Under the pieces are notes generated by a model. That model did not search any database and had not been told where the DNA came from. It saw nothing but the letters and a program-made list of their open reading frames with translations. From assembly GCF_006345805.1 (NCBI RefSeq), contig NC_043015.1, positions 31,868,001 through 31,932,000 on the forward strand: a stretch of 64,000 nucleotides of DNA, given 5' to 3'. Both the position numbers and the translations under genes were made by a program. This stretch comes from Octopus sinensis. Lineage: Eukaryota. Shown piece by piece: positions 12,522 through 24,699 of this stretch. The first letter of the stretch is position 1; each line of letters begins with the position of its first letter.

Positions 12522-13385
12522 TGTGGTCTGATCAATAAGTATGCGGACTGTTGCCATAGTAACGAAGCTAAAGCACACAGAGTGAAACCGCTTGGCACAG
12601 ATTCACCCTGAACTCTGCTGTGCATGTGCACTAAGTTTTAATGTTCTAGCTCACTTTTGCTGTTTACAGCAGTGCTTGGAAGGAAGGTGTGTAGCGTGTG
12701 ATGATTGTCACATTGACCACGACAGAGAAAACTGAGCAGTGAATCTGAATCAAATTTTGCCAAAAACATGGCGATACATGCTCAGAGGCCTACGTGAAGT
12801 TTTCAAAAAATTTTCTTCGTTCTCGACACAATCAAGATCTTGTGCAACTGAGACTCAGTGTCTTTTTGGTCAGCTGAAAGCAGTTCTGGCACAAACTTGG
12901 CAGACACGTGTCTTATACCCAAATCTTCAGTGATAATGGACTGAACTGAACCGTAACTAATCTGCACATCTTCTGATAAATCACAGATGCTGATTCAATG
13001 ATTTCCTCTCACAGTTCCATGAACATCTGCAATGTTTTTCTTAGTTCTGCTGGTTGTGGCTCCTCCAAAACATTTTTCGGCCATCTTGGAAACATTTGAA
13101 CCAATCATACACTTATGTGCGGCTCATACACTTTCTACAACTTTGTACAGGCCTCTGATCAGGTATCACCATGACAAACTTCCTCTGTCATGGTCAATGC
13201 AATGATCACACGCTACACACCTTCCTTCCAAGCACTGCTGTGAACAGCAGAAATGAGCTAGAATGTTAAAATTTAGTGTATGTGCACAGCAGAGTTCAAG
13301 GTCAATCTGGGCCAAGTGGCTAAACTGTGCATGCTTTAGCTTTGTCACTAAGGCAACAGTCCGGATACTTATTGATCAAACCTTG
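12522..13385. mobile_element. Mariner-derived foldback element built from two 5' ends
   Basis: TA|TGTGGTCTGATCAATAAGTATGCGGACTG... and ...CAGTCCGGATACTTATTGATCAAACCTTG|TA; >200-bp inverted arms; both arms run into transposase N-terminal codons (IKFCQKHGDTCSEAY; DWFKCFQDGR..IITEDLGIRHVSAKFVP). Confidence 0.85.
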
Positions 13386-13455
13386 TACAAATATGTGTGT
13401 GGGTTTGTGCTAGTAATGGGGTGTCTAAGCTGGTTTACTGGATTTACAATGTTAA

Positions 13456-13902
13456 CTCTTTAGCATTTAAACTGACAATATCAGATCCAACCATATATAC
13501 AACCTGTTTAACCCTTTAGTGTTCAGATTACTGTTAAATGTAATACTTTTTCACTCAAATTGTTTTGAATTAATCATGCATTATCTCATAGCTTTGAGGT
13601 TTCAATGACATGATTGTTTATTTTTAGAATGTCAATGTAGGTTAGGTGTGAGAGGCTAGATATGGCCAGTTTGAATATAAAACATGTAGAATATATTGGG
13701 CCGGATGTGGCCGGTTTAAACACTAAAGGGTTAATGATCAAACTGACCAGATCTGCCTCATCACACATACCCTGCAATGTCATTCTAAATCTAAACTGTT
13801 ACATCATTGAAATCTTGAAGCAACAAGATAATGGATGATTACTTCAAAACAATGTGAATGAATTAACATTACACTTGAAAGAATAATGTGAATGCTAAAG
13901 GT
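13456..13902. mobile_element. Family K MITE with a second K MITE (13512-13730) nested in opposite orientation
   Basis: Inner copy TTAA|CCCTTTAGTGTT...AACACTAAAGGG|TTAA; outer ends TTAA|CTCTTTAGCATT and AATGCTAAAGGT|TTAA. Confidence 0.75.
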
Positions 13903-15104
13903 TTAATTTGTGAGATATTGAGCACAAGCGACTTAAGAAAGATGTCAGCAGGTGTGTACTTTGATGGAATGGTTACATGAATATTATAGAGATAATCTAA
14001 GTCAGTGGGTAAATGCTTGGGGAAAGGTACAAATTGTGCTTAAAGGTGGTGGTGGTACAGGTACTCAGAAGACAGATGAAGTGAAAAAGAAGAAGAAGAA
14101 TTAAGGTAACAAACCTGGAAGAATTTTGTCTTCTCACTGCTGAACACACATGATTGAAATTTATGGTGAGGTGTTGTATTGCAAATGCATCAAGCTCAGG
14201 TGAGAATGGAAACCAATAATAATAACAATGAAAGCTGAAGGTTTGAAGAGATGTTTAGTTGTAGCTAGACTACAGGAAGAGGAGTCTGACAGCAAAAATG
14301 AAAACGCGATAATGATGGTGTTGAGAAACAAAGAGTAGAGAACGTTTCATTCCATGGGTAATGTGAGCTTGGAAGAGGAACTGAATGAGAGAGAGACAGA
14401 CAGACAGACAGAGATAGAAAGAGGGGGGGAGAGAGAGAGAAAATTGGGGTGATGACTAAGAATTGAAAAATAAAAAATTGGAAGAGGAGAGAAGCAGAGA
14501 GGAAGGACTGTATAGGTAAATGAGGGGGGGAATAATACGGTGATGGGGAAGAAGAGGTAATTTTGAAGTGTTAGTTAATTGTGCTAATGATTAAATTCTT
14601 TTATCTCTTCTAATTAACGGTATCAATTTGAGCTGACAACATCATATCTCAGCAGATTACCCAAGTTAAGGCAACGCCAGGCTTAATTGTTGGTAAAAGG
14701 TTTTTAAAATAATTATCGCGGTGAGGTCAAGCATCAAAGTGTGAATTTATTGCAGACTGGGGATGGCAAAGTGAAAATCTCTCAGCATTTTAATGATGCT
14801 GGGGTACATCGTTTCACTGGTGAGCTGGATGCTAGAATTTCAGATAAATTGGGCAAAATGCATGATAAAAGCCATAGACACAAATAAAGCAACGTATATT
14901 TGGTTGGTTCCTATTTTGTACGATAAGATTACACAACCATTATAACTAAAGATAGCAGTCACGACAAAGTCTTTCGCGAATAAGAAATACCTTCTGGGCA
15001 ATGTGTGTTCTATGAAAGCTTAGCATTGAAATAATCCGTCTTTTCTTCTTTGTGTAATAGTGTTATTCTGAGATAAACTCAGCCATTAGACAACAGAAAC
15101 AACA

Positions 15105-15362
15105 TTATTATTATTACTATTATTGTTATTATTATTACTATTATTGTAATTATTATTACTATTATTGTTATTATTATTATTGTTATTATTATTATTATTA
15201 CTATTATTGTTATTATTATTACTATTATTGTAATTATTATTACTATTATTGTTATTATTATTGTTGTTATTATCATTATTATTATTATTACTATTATTGT
15301 TATTATTATTACTATTGTTGTTATTATTATTACTATTGTATGGTGTTATTATTATTATTATT
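15105..15362. repeat. Compound (TAT/TAC/TGT)n microsatellite
   Basis: Direct reading. Confidence 0.95.
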
Positions 15363-16069
15363 CATCCTGATTAATCAACTTTTGTTCAAATTGGAAAAGA
15401 AGAAAAAAATATTCCTTAGAGTTAGGTTACTTTATAAGAAGAAAATTATTTATATAAAAAAAAATTATAAATTTGAAGAGCAAGAGTGAGTGTGTGTGTG
15501 TGTGTGTGTGTATGGGTTTATCAGCAGATTGAACAGCATGTGAAAATATTTGAGAAGGAAAAATGAAGTAAAGAGCCGTACAAAGTTTGATATTCAACAT
15601 TTCAACTGACTTTGACAATAGACATGACTAGGGTGAACTTCAATCAGGATCTTGAAACAAATATCTGATTTCAGTGGGAAAGAAAGAAATACAAAAGTAT
15701 ATTGTTAGATCAAATAATATATAAAACTTAAAACTTCATGATATATTCACCCAACCAAACCCTCTTTTTTTTTGCTGAAAAAAAAAGACACAGAACAGAA
15801 CACAAAAAAAATCTGATTCCTGCGCTGAATAAAGGACATCATGAGATAAAATAAGCATTAATTTGCTCGTATTATTTCTGAGATATATTTCCTTTCAAAA
15901 ATAACAATATTGTTAAGACTGAGAGAAAGAGAAGGAAAGAAAAGAAAAGAAAAGAGAAAAAAAAAAAGAAATTCTTTGTCATTCTCCAAATCTATAATTC
16001 TTTGTTCTTAATCTTTCCTATGAAACATTTTGGAACTGTCTGATTTGAGAGAGGAATATATAGACGTGT

Positions 16070-16144
16070 GTGTGCATGCACGCATGCGTACATATGTATG
16101 TGTATGTATATACGTACATATATGTATATATATATTCATATGTA

Positions 16145-16197
<53 letters not shown>

Positions 16198-16322
16198 GTA
16201 TATGTATATATGTACGTATATGTGTGTATATATATATTCATATGTATGTATATGTATATACGTACATATATGTGTGTATATATATATATTCATATGTATG
16301 TATGTATATATACATGCACACA
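16070..16322. repeat. Compound (AT)/(GT)/(ATGT) microsatellite with internal higher-order repeat
   Basis: TATACGTACATATATG..TATTCATATGTATG-type block recurs about 3 times. Confidence 0.9.
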
Positions 16323-16889
16323 CACTGCTACAGTGAAAGTATGGATAAAGAAACTGTTGGCTTTGATCTTCACTTACATCATCAGCAGTTATTCAGGGAA
16401 ACGGTAAAAGAGGTTTGAAGTAAAAAAAAAAAACAATAATAAAAGGTGGCCAAAAAATGTAAAACATGAAAAATTTCTCTCAAGTTGCACTTATAAGCAG
16501 GACAATTCTTGTCCCAGTTAACCAAACTACAGAAATAGGTACCAAGACTTCTGGGAATAGTGATCTGTTCAAAGAATCAGATTCTTATGATGCACTAAAC
16601 ATTTGTGAATCTAAAAATGGACTTCATGTGCATTCAGCTCTGTTGGAGACAATTATTTATCAAAGTGCACAGACTAATTCTGCTTTGAAATCTAAAAGAA
16701 ACCTCCACACGTACAGACATGTTTAAAAGTGCAGGAATAGCCATGTACTTAAGAAGCTAGTTTTGTAACCGTGTGGTTCTGGGTTCAATCTCACTCAATG
16801 GCACTTCAGTCAATTGTTTTCTTGTGTAGGTCAATAAATGCCTTAGGTTGATAAATAAGTACCAGGCAGATATGACTACTGGGATTGCT

Positions 16890-17113
16890 AAGAGACCCAA
16901 CTAAAGGAGAGGGGCTTTCTCCGTCCGGGTTGTGGATCCGTGGAATAAGCTGCTGGACGAGATAGTGAAGATGCCGACGACTGCTCGGTTCAAAGTCTCT
17001 CTTGACCAGAAATGGCCTGAACTCTTTGCATGAACACCCTCCCTGTACATAACTCCATGCCCCCCTACATGGCATTGCTTTTCGCTTTTTGAGCCAAAAA
17101 ATTAACTTAACTA
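16890..17113 (+). mobile_element. 5'-truncated CR1-clade LINE (ORF2 C-terminus + 3'UTR)
   Basis: Frame reads RRGAFSVRVVDPWNKLLDEIVKMPTTARFKVSLDQKWPELFA* (stop 17031-17033), like the CR1 FS.RVV..WN.LP..F K..LD..W end; tail AATTAACTTAACTAA. Confidence 0.85.
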
Positions 17114-17582
17114 AAGATTCAAGGAATATGTTTATAGTTATAGATACTGACAGTAAATATTTAACAATTCTAGCACATGCACAAATACATAAAATATGGC
17201 TGCGTGCTTAAGAAGTTTGTTCCACAACCAAATGGGTTCAGATTTGGTCCTACAACAAAGCATCTGGACAAGGGTCTTTTGTCAAAGCACCTGACTGATC
17301 AATGCCATGAGGGAATTCGATAGATGGAAACAGCAAGAAGCCTGTTGTGTGTGTGAGAGAGTGTATTTCCCCCTGCTGTTTTCTATAAGGAGAGCAAGAA
17401 AAGATAATGCAGAAGTGGAAACAAAGGAAAGCCAAAACCCAGATTTGTCAACATTGCTAAATGAATGACAAGATGGTACGCAGAGGTTTGGAGGAAATTA
17501 TTGTGTTTCAAAGCTACATTGCAAGAACAAAGCCAAGTCCCAACCTAATTCTATCATCTGACTTGACAATAAATTCTTAGAA

Positions 17583-17982
17583 GGTGGCGAGCTGGCAGAA
17601 TCGTTAGCACGCCAGGCAAAATGCTTAGCGGTTTTTCGTCTGCTGTTACATTCTGAGTTCAAATTCCGGCGCGGTCGACTTTGCCTTTCATCCTTTCGGG
17701 GTCGATTAAATAAGTACCAGTTACACACTGGGGTCGATGTAATCGACTTAATCCGTTTGTCTGTCCTTGTTTGTCCCCTCTATATTTAGCCCCTTGTGGG
17801 TAATAAAGAAACAGGTATTTCGTCTGCCGCTATGTTCTGAGTTCAAATTCCGTTGAGGTTGACTTTGCCTTTCATGCTTTTGGGGTCGATTAAATAAGTA
17901 CCAGTTATGCACTGAGATAGTCCCTTTGTCTATCCTTGTTTGACCCCTCTATGTTTAGCCCCTTGTGGGCAATAAAGAATTA
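17583..17982 (+). mobile_element. SINE family A dimer with 13-bp TSD
   Basis: Junction AAAGAAACAG|GTATTTCGTCTGCC near 17814; TSD AATAAATTC(T/C)TAG at 17568-17580 and 17983-17995. Confidence 0.9.
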
Positions 17983-18654
17983 AATAAATTCCTAGTAGTT
18001 GAGTAAACTGTGCTTCAAAAACGGCAGTGAAGATTAGGCAAATTGAAAGAAAAGGTTTTAAAATATGAAGGAAGAGTTGGTGTGAGGCACAAGAATGACA
18101 ACTACAGGGTCTTCAGGAGTGGTGGAATATCATTGGTCTGTAGCTAAATCCACGATCTCCCACCTGGCTGACACTGGACTTAGTAAAGACAGTAACTCAG
18201 TCAGGTAGGGTTAATAACCACCAATCATGAACTACAAAGAAAGTCAGAGAATACATCACCATGCATATAGCAGACGTATGTAAGAGAAAGACTACAGCTG
18301 AGAGTGAAGAACCAATATCCTCAGTGAGAAGTAAAACAAACAGGTGGCTGTGTAGTTGCTTGGTTATAGTTGTACCCAGTCAGGTGTGACGGCAGGACGT
18401 ATAGTGTGGACAAAAAAGAACCTGGATATTCTCTAAGAGAATCGCTTTTTTTCTGAAGGGTCTCTATGGGTCAATGTTGACCATGCCTCCACACACATTT
18501 GTACAAGTCTGGGCAAGATTTTTTTTTACAAGAACTGGCAAGTGCTCATTCATGCAAGACTCTTCTTTCCATGACACTGATGTTTATCCATAGGAAAGGC
18601 CACCAAGTCAGACTAATACAGCCTGCAATGTCACTGTCACTGCAGATGTTGCTG

Positions 18655-18948
18655 TCAGTGCATGGCTCAGTGGTAGCAAGTTCAATTCCTGGACTGGGAT
18701 GTGTGTTGTGTCCTTGAACAAGACACTTTATTTCATGTTGCTCCAGTTCACTCAACTGTAGAAATGACTTGTGACATCATTGGTGCCAAGATGTATCAGC
18801 CTCTTTACCTTTCCCTTGGATAACATTGGTGGCATGAAGAGGGGAGATTGGTATGCATGGGTGACTGCTAGTTTTCCATAAACAACCTTGCCAAAACTTG
18901 TGCCTCAGAGGGGAACTTTCTAGGTGTAATACAATGGTCATTCATACC
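18655..18948 (+). mobile_element. SINE family E (tRNA head, GTGTCCTTGAACAAGACACTT CORE-like)
   Basis: Homologous along its length to 57820-58150. Confidence 0.75.
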
Positions 18949-19409
18949 CCTTACCCTAATGAAAAGAGCCAGAAGAGATACAACAAAGTATCATGCCTGA
19001 CCCTCAAATAGTCTCACCAATCAAGCCCCCTGGATTGGTACCTTTTCCTTTCAACTTTGAATGGACAAACAGCAAAGTTGAACTTGGTGTAATTTGAAAC
19101 CAGAGTGCAGGGAATTGGAATAAATACTGCAAAGCATTCTCTCTAATGCACTAATGACTCTGCTAATTAAATAGAAGGAGTGCTACTGTCAGAAGGTGCC
19201 AAAATCACATTCCTCCTCAAGCAAAAGCTGATGAAGGGAATGTCACACAGTGCAAATTGCATGTAAAACATAATTGACATTTATTTTGCTTGTTTCAGTC
19301 ATTAGACTGCAACCAGCTGGAGCACCACTTTGAATAATTTTTAGTGAAATGAATCAAGTCCAGTAATTATTTTTCATTAAGCCTGGTACTTATTTTATGA
19401 GTTGCTTAT

Positions 19410-19565
19410 TGGTGTTAGGAAGGGCATCCAGCTGTAGAAACTCTGCCAGATCAGATTGGAGCCTGGTGCAGCCATCTGGTTTGCCAGTCCTCAGTCAAAT
19501 CGTCCAACCCATGCTAGCATGGAAAGCGGACATTAAACAATGATGATGATGATGTTGTTGATGAC
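19410..19565 (+). mobile_element. Family C RTE-type tail inserted in an old B-like SINE (~19285-19775, minus)
   Basis: Matches 10240-10385; host B-type sequence on both sides. Confidence 0.7.
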
Positions 19566-20056
19566 GTATGTCGAACCACTAAGTTAAAGGGATGTAGAAA
19601 CACCAACACCAGTTGTCAAATAGTACTGTGGGACCAACACAGACCCAAAGACACATGCGCACACACATACTCACACAATGGGATTCTTTCAGTTTCTGTC
19701 AACCAAATCCATTCACAAGGCTTTGGTTGGCCTGAAGTTATAGTAGAAGACACTTGCCCAAGATGCCACAACATACTGTGTGTATATCAAACATACAGCA
19801 TATTTAGTTGATTAAGTTCCAGAACAATTTTGATTTAAGGCATTCCAGTTGTAACCACTTTATCTTTTTTCTTTTTATTCAGATATAGTGTTTCTAGAAT
19901 CACATTTCTAGAATCCAATTTCCATTTTTTTAATGACAATAAAAAGGTGAGATTTAAGGAAGATCTAGTTACATTTAGCAGTAGAAGCTCCCTGGTTGGT
20001 TTGTTCAGTAAACATAGAGGTGAGAACAATGAGGTCAGAATGGTTGGATTTTTATT

Positions 20057-20117
<61 letters not shown>

Positions 20118-20123
20118 TATATA

Positions 20124-20285
20124 TAGGGAGAGTTTACGAAAAAATCAAAAGATGAAGACAGGTGGTGTACAAAACAAACAGATGTATTAGTACAACGCTC
20201 AGGAATAGAAAAAGTCTTTTATGTTTCGAGCCTATGCTCTTCTACAGAAAGGGACACAGAAAAAACAAGGAGAGAAACAAGGAGA
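20124..20285 (-). mobile_element. Family I short element in (TA)n with hammerhead-like motif (Penelope-type terminal repeat)
   Basis: Homologous to 58556-58724 and 61594-61796; motif CTTT-CTGTAGA-A-GAGC-ATAG-GCTC-GAAAC-ATA-AAAG at 20216-20251 (minus). Confidence 0.7.
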
Positions 20286-20860
20286 TTTATATATATATAT
20301 ATTAGAAACGTGATACTAGTTCAAGCTATTGTTTTGGCACCCTACTACAAATCCTTAGCCATAACAGCTAAAACAAACTAAAGAATCAACACCAATATAT
20401 GATGAACTAAATGACTATAAATTGTGAGACAAATAGAGGAGAATTTTATAAAATGACTTCTGAAATAAGCTGACCTCAGCAGAATTTTAACTCAAACTGA
20501 CCTAAGTATAACCAGGTAATTATCATATTTGTTCACTGTTTTACCAATTCCACTACTCACTATAAACAAAAAGTGGAGTCTGTAATGTTGATGCCTTTAC
20601 CGAGGAACACAGGTGAATAATGATTTCTTACATCAGTACAAAACCAAATATTTACAAGGGAGCAGGGTATGGTCAGTAGAATCTCACACGAAACTAAACT
20701 GTTGGTACTTATATTATTAACTCTTACAGAGATAAAGAGCACAGTCGGTTAGGACAAGGATTTGAACTCAGATGCAGGCATGACAGTGTGGTCAAGAAGC
20801 TTTCTTCCCAACCATGTGGTTCCAGGTTCAGTTCCACTGCATAGCATTTTGGTAAGTGTT

Positions 20861-21096
20861 AGGCGGCGAGCTGGCAGAAACGTTAACACGCCGGGCGAAA
20901 TGCTGAGCAGTATTTTCGCCTGTCTCTGCGTTCTGAGTTCAAATTCCACCAAGGTTGACTTTACCTTTCATCCTTTCGGGATCGATAAATTAAGTACCAG
21001 TTACGCACTGGGGTCGATGTAATCGACTTAATCCGTTTGTCTGTCCTTGTTTGTCCTCTCTGTGTTTAGCCCCTTGTGGGTAATAAAGAAATAGGT
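20861..21096 (+). mobile_element. SINE family A inserted into the CORE-like region of a family B copy (~20765-21160)
   Basis: TSD ATTTTGG(T/C)AAGTGT at 20846-20859 and 21097-21110; ends ...AAAGAAATAGGT. Confidence 0.9.
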
Positions 21097-21257
21097 ATTT
21101 TGGCAAGTGTCTTCTACTATATATAAATCCAGGCTAATCAAAGCCTTGTGAGTGGATATCAAGCACTAGGTCATTCTTATTTGAACAGAGGAAATCCAAT
21201 TGTGAACAACTCAACTTTTTAGATATCAGAGTCAATGTTTTCAAATGTAAACTTTAT

Positions 21258-21458
21258 TTAACCTTATCCAGCCCAAATATTCAACCTGTTTTATGTTCAA
21301 ACCAGCCTGATCCAGTTTATCACACCTACCCTAAAATGCTATTCTAAAAATAAATGACATCATCGAAATCTGGAAGCTCCAAGATAATGCATGATTAATT
21401 CAAAACAATGTGAATAAATAAGCATTACAATTGATAGAGTAATCTGAATGCTAAAGGG
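21258..21458. mobile_element. Family K piggyBac-type MITE, one end eroded
   Basis: Ends AATGCTAAAGGG|TTAA; body matches 8051-8270 in reverse. Confidence 0.7.
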
Positions 21459-21669
21459 TTAAAATAGTCGTATAATTTGAGGGTAATTTGGCTACATTTT
21501 CTAGCAGGCCAAATGACTGAGTAGAGGCTCCCTCATTACATGGTGCAATGTGTTAAAGAACTATACTTACAGTAAGGTGCACATTGCAGAAGAGTGCTGT
21601 ATGGAGGTGCATTTTCTAATGAGGTACTTATTGTCCAGCATGCACCAGATAATTATGAACACAATTTTA

Positions 21670-22085
21670 GCAAGCCACGGGTGGAATAGAAGCAGCTAAT
21701 TATGAGGTTCCTCCAAAAGATCTCTGGAGTAACATTACTCGACAGACTGTGGAACTCAGAGGTCAGGGAGTTCTGCAGGTTGAGAGACTACTTCTCAACA
21801 ACAAGAGGTCATAGCTCCAGTGCTATAACGTGATTAGGATGTCATAGGAAAGAATTGCAAGACAGATTCTTCAAGCTGAGCCAACTGGCTGTAGACCTAG
21901 GGGTAGACAGAGAACAAGATCATTGGATAACAGCCATAGCTTCGGTTGGTCATGGTTGGGAATCTAGACAGGGAAGTCTACTGAGGGTTGCTTCTCATCA
22001 GACCATGTGGAGGAAGTAGCTGAGGACTCTAACCTTATGATCCTCCCAGGGATGGTAGGCAGAGAAGATGAATGGATGGATAAGT
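21670..22085 (+). mobile_element. Decayed RTE-clade LINE 3' end
   Basis: Translates to MRFLQKISGVTLLDRLWNSEVRE..ERIARQILQAEPTGCRPRGRQRTR, the RTE ORF C-terminus; (GATG/ATGG) tail. Confidence 0.8.
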
Positions 22086-22134
22086 GGAAGGCAATCTAGC
22101 AATCCTATACAAAGTTCATCCACGTTAAGCACAG

Positions 22135-22495
22135 GCCTGGCTGTGTGGTAAGAAGTTTGCTTCTTAAACACATGGTTCTGGGTTCAGTCTCACAGTGTGA
22201 CACCTTGGGTAAGCGATTTTTTTTTCTTTAGCCCTGGGCTGGCCAAATCTTTGCGAGTGGATTTGGTAGACAAACTGAAAGAAGCCCATCATGTGTGTGT
22301 GTGTGTGTGTGTCTGTCTGTCCACTACCATTACTTGACAACCAGTGTTGGTTTGTTTGCATCCCTGTAACTTAGCAGTTCGGCATGAGAGAAAAAGTACC
22401 AGGTTTTAAAAAATAAGTTGATTAAAAATTCTTCAAGGTGGTGGTGCCCCAGCATGGTCACAGTCTAATGACCAAAACAAGTAAAAGATAAAAGA
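22135..22495 (+). mobile_element. Older family B SINE
   Basis: Diverged match to family B. Confidence 0.75.
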
Positions 22496-22582
22496 TTACT
22501 CTGTAAGGAGCACAGGGTTGGTTTCTTGGTATCTCTGGTAAATACATTCCTCTATGGACTGGATACCAGACCATCGCAGGAT

Positions 22583-22779
22583 TCTCTTTTACTCTGTTAC
22601 TTGTTTCAGTCATTTGACTGTGGCCATGCTGGAGCACCGCCTTTAGTCGAGTAAATCGACCCCAGGACTTATTCTTTGTAAGCCTAGTACTTATTCTATT
22701 GGTTTGCCAAACCGCTAAGTTACGGGGACATAAACACACCAGCATTGGTTGTCAAGCGATGTTGAGGGGACAAACACAG

Positions 22780-22810
<31 letters not shown>

Positions 22811-22983
22811 CATATATACGATGGGCTTCTTTCAGTTTCTGTCTACCAAATCCACTCACAAGGCTTTGGTCAGCCTGAGGCTATAGTAGAAGACACTTGC
22901 CCAAGGTGTCACGAAGTGGAACTGAACCCGGAACCATGTGGCTGGTAAGCAAGCTACTTACCACACAGCCACTCCTACGCCTG
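22583..22983 (-). mobile_element. SINE family B, full length
   Basis: Close match to 1486-1888. Confidence 0.9.
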
Positions 22984-22985
22984 TC

Positions 22986-23143
22986 TGGTAAGTCATTACT
23001 CATTTCTACAGTTGAGCAGACTGAAGCAATAATGAAATGAAGTGTTTTACTCAAGAACTCAATGCACTGCCTAGTCCAGGAATTGAAAAAACAATCTTAC
23101 AACCACGAGTCCAACACCGTAACCCACTAAAGCCATGTGCCTC
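22986..23143 (-). mobile_element. tRNA-headed CORE-like SINE 5' part (D/E-like head)
   Basis: Minus strand GTGGAGGCACATGGCTTTAGTGG...GGACTCG...GTTCTTGAGTAAAACACTT. Confidence 0.65.
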
Positions 23144-23192
23144 CACAATCTTATATAAAGTACACCAAATTTTGTTTTCATTTCTGTTTCAG

Positions 23193-23408
23193 ACATGCTG
23201 GCAGTTGTCAATGTGGCAGAGCCCAGTCTACAACAGGAACTGAGAAGACACACAACATGCTTGTAGCTCTGGCAGGCAGCTGCAGCAACTTATAAGATAA
23301 CCACCTGCTTCTTGAACACAGCGAAATACTTCACCTTTCAAGGTCAAGAGCATGTACTCACAAGACGGTACTTCACCTGTGCCAACCCACCTAGATAACG
23401 TATACCAG
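23193..23408 (+). other. Putative exon (5'UTR plus possible start MYSQDGTSPVPTHLDNVYQ)
   Basis: Acceptor TTTTGTTTTCATTTCTGTTTCAG|, donor CCAG|GTAAAT, unique sequence; all three through-frames are closed but an ATG at 23352 (AGCATG) is open to the donor in phase 0. No homology recognised. Confidence 0.35.
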
Positions 23409-23641
23409 GTAAATGAAAATAAAAGAAAAGAAAAATACCTAAAAAAAAAAAAAAAGAAGGAAATAGGTTTTCCGAAAAGTGATACATATGTTCAACTAGA
23501 TATTTTCTTTTGTTTGTTTCAGTCATTGAACTACAACCACGCTGGGGCACAAGCTCAAATGGTTTTAGTTGAACAAATTGACCCCCAACCCTTTATTTTT
23601 TTAAAAGTCTGATATCAAGTCTGTCAGTTTTTTTTTGGTGA

Positions 23642-24040
23642 ACTGGACAATGCTGAAGGCAGAAGAGAAAAGAGTGAGCTCTTTTGAAATGTGGGGTTAC
23701 CGCAGAATCCTTAGAGTGTCGCGGACTGAGTGAAGGACGAACAACTGGGTACTAGAAAAGCTCAGTTGCGAGATGATGCGTCGGCAAAACATCATGAAGC
23801 GGAAGCTACGGTTCTTTGGCCACGTCATGTGCCGAGATGGACTTGAGCAAACGATCATAACTGGCAAGGTGAACGGCGGACATAAAAGAGGCAGACCACC
23901 CCCACTTCTTAGCTGAAAGACATCGCAGCCACAGGATTGTCTTTATTCTCAGCTGTCCATGGGGCAGAGGACAGGAGAAGGTGACAAGACATCGTGATGA
24001 CCACAGCATCACATAGTGCAACACCTGACTAGGATGATGA
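23642..24040 (+). mobile_element. 5'-truncated RTE/BovB-like LINE inside an old B-like SINE
   Basis: WTMLKAEEKRVSSFEMWGYRRILRVSRTE*RTNNWVLEK...KRKLRFFGHVMCRDGLEQTIITGKVNGGHKRGRP parallels the BovB ORF C-terminus; host SINE continues on both sides. Confidence 0.88.
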
Positions 24041-24283
24041 TAAAGGCTACAGGAGCAATCCAACACCTGATGTCAAGTGGGTGAGGGGAGAGAACACACA
24101 CACACACAGACGAGAGGCTTCCACATAGTTACCAGTGAGTAAATTCACTCACAAGGAATTGGTCAGCCCAACACTATAGTAAAAGACACTCGCCCATGTT
24201 GCTATGCAAAGAGACTGAACCTGAAACCACACTGTTGCAAAGGATGCTTGTTAAATACGCAGCCAACCTACACCTTGATGTAT

Positions 24284-24555
24284 TTAAATCGTTGGCATTT
24301 GAACTGGCCCCCATATCCAGCCCAAATATTCCACCTGTTTTATGCTCAAACTGGCCAGATCTGGTCTCTGACACCTACTCGACAATGTCATTCTTAAAAT
24401 AAACAATCACAGCATTGAAATCTTGAAGCTGCAAGATAATGCCTGATTAATTAAAAGCAACATCATCATCATCATCATCATCGTTTAGCGTCCGTTTTCC
24501 ATGCTAGCATGGGTTGAAGCAAACCATTTGACTGAGTAATCTGAATGCTAAAGGG
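24284..24555. mobile_element. Family K MITE interrupted by a family C tail fragment
   Basis: K body and right TIR AATGCTAAAGGG|TTAA; (CAT)n + CGTTTAGCGTCCGTTTTCCATGCTAGCATGGG at ~24460-24515. Confidence 0.7.
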
Positions 24556-24699
24556 TTAAAAAAACAAAAGCCACAGAGTCTATAAAACCTCTCTCAACCT
24601 CAATGATGACCTTGAAAGTGACTGACAAGAAGTGACCGTATGCTAGAATAACTTGGTTCTCGTTCGGGTTACCTATCATATCCACAAGGGAAATCTTTG

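Noticed and set aside
16466-16726. 86-aa ATG ORF in unique sequence
   Set aside because: No recognisable motif or convincing splice context; its length is compatible with chance. A tBLASTn search would settle it.
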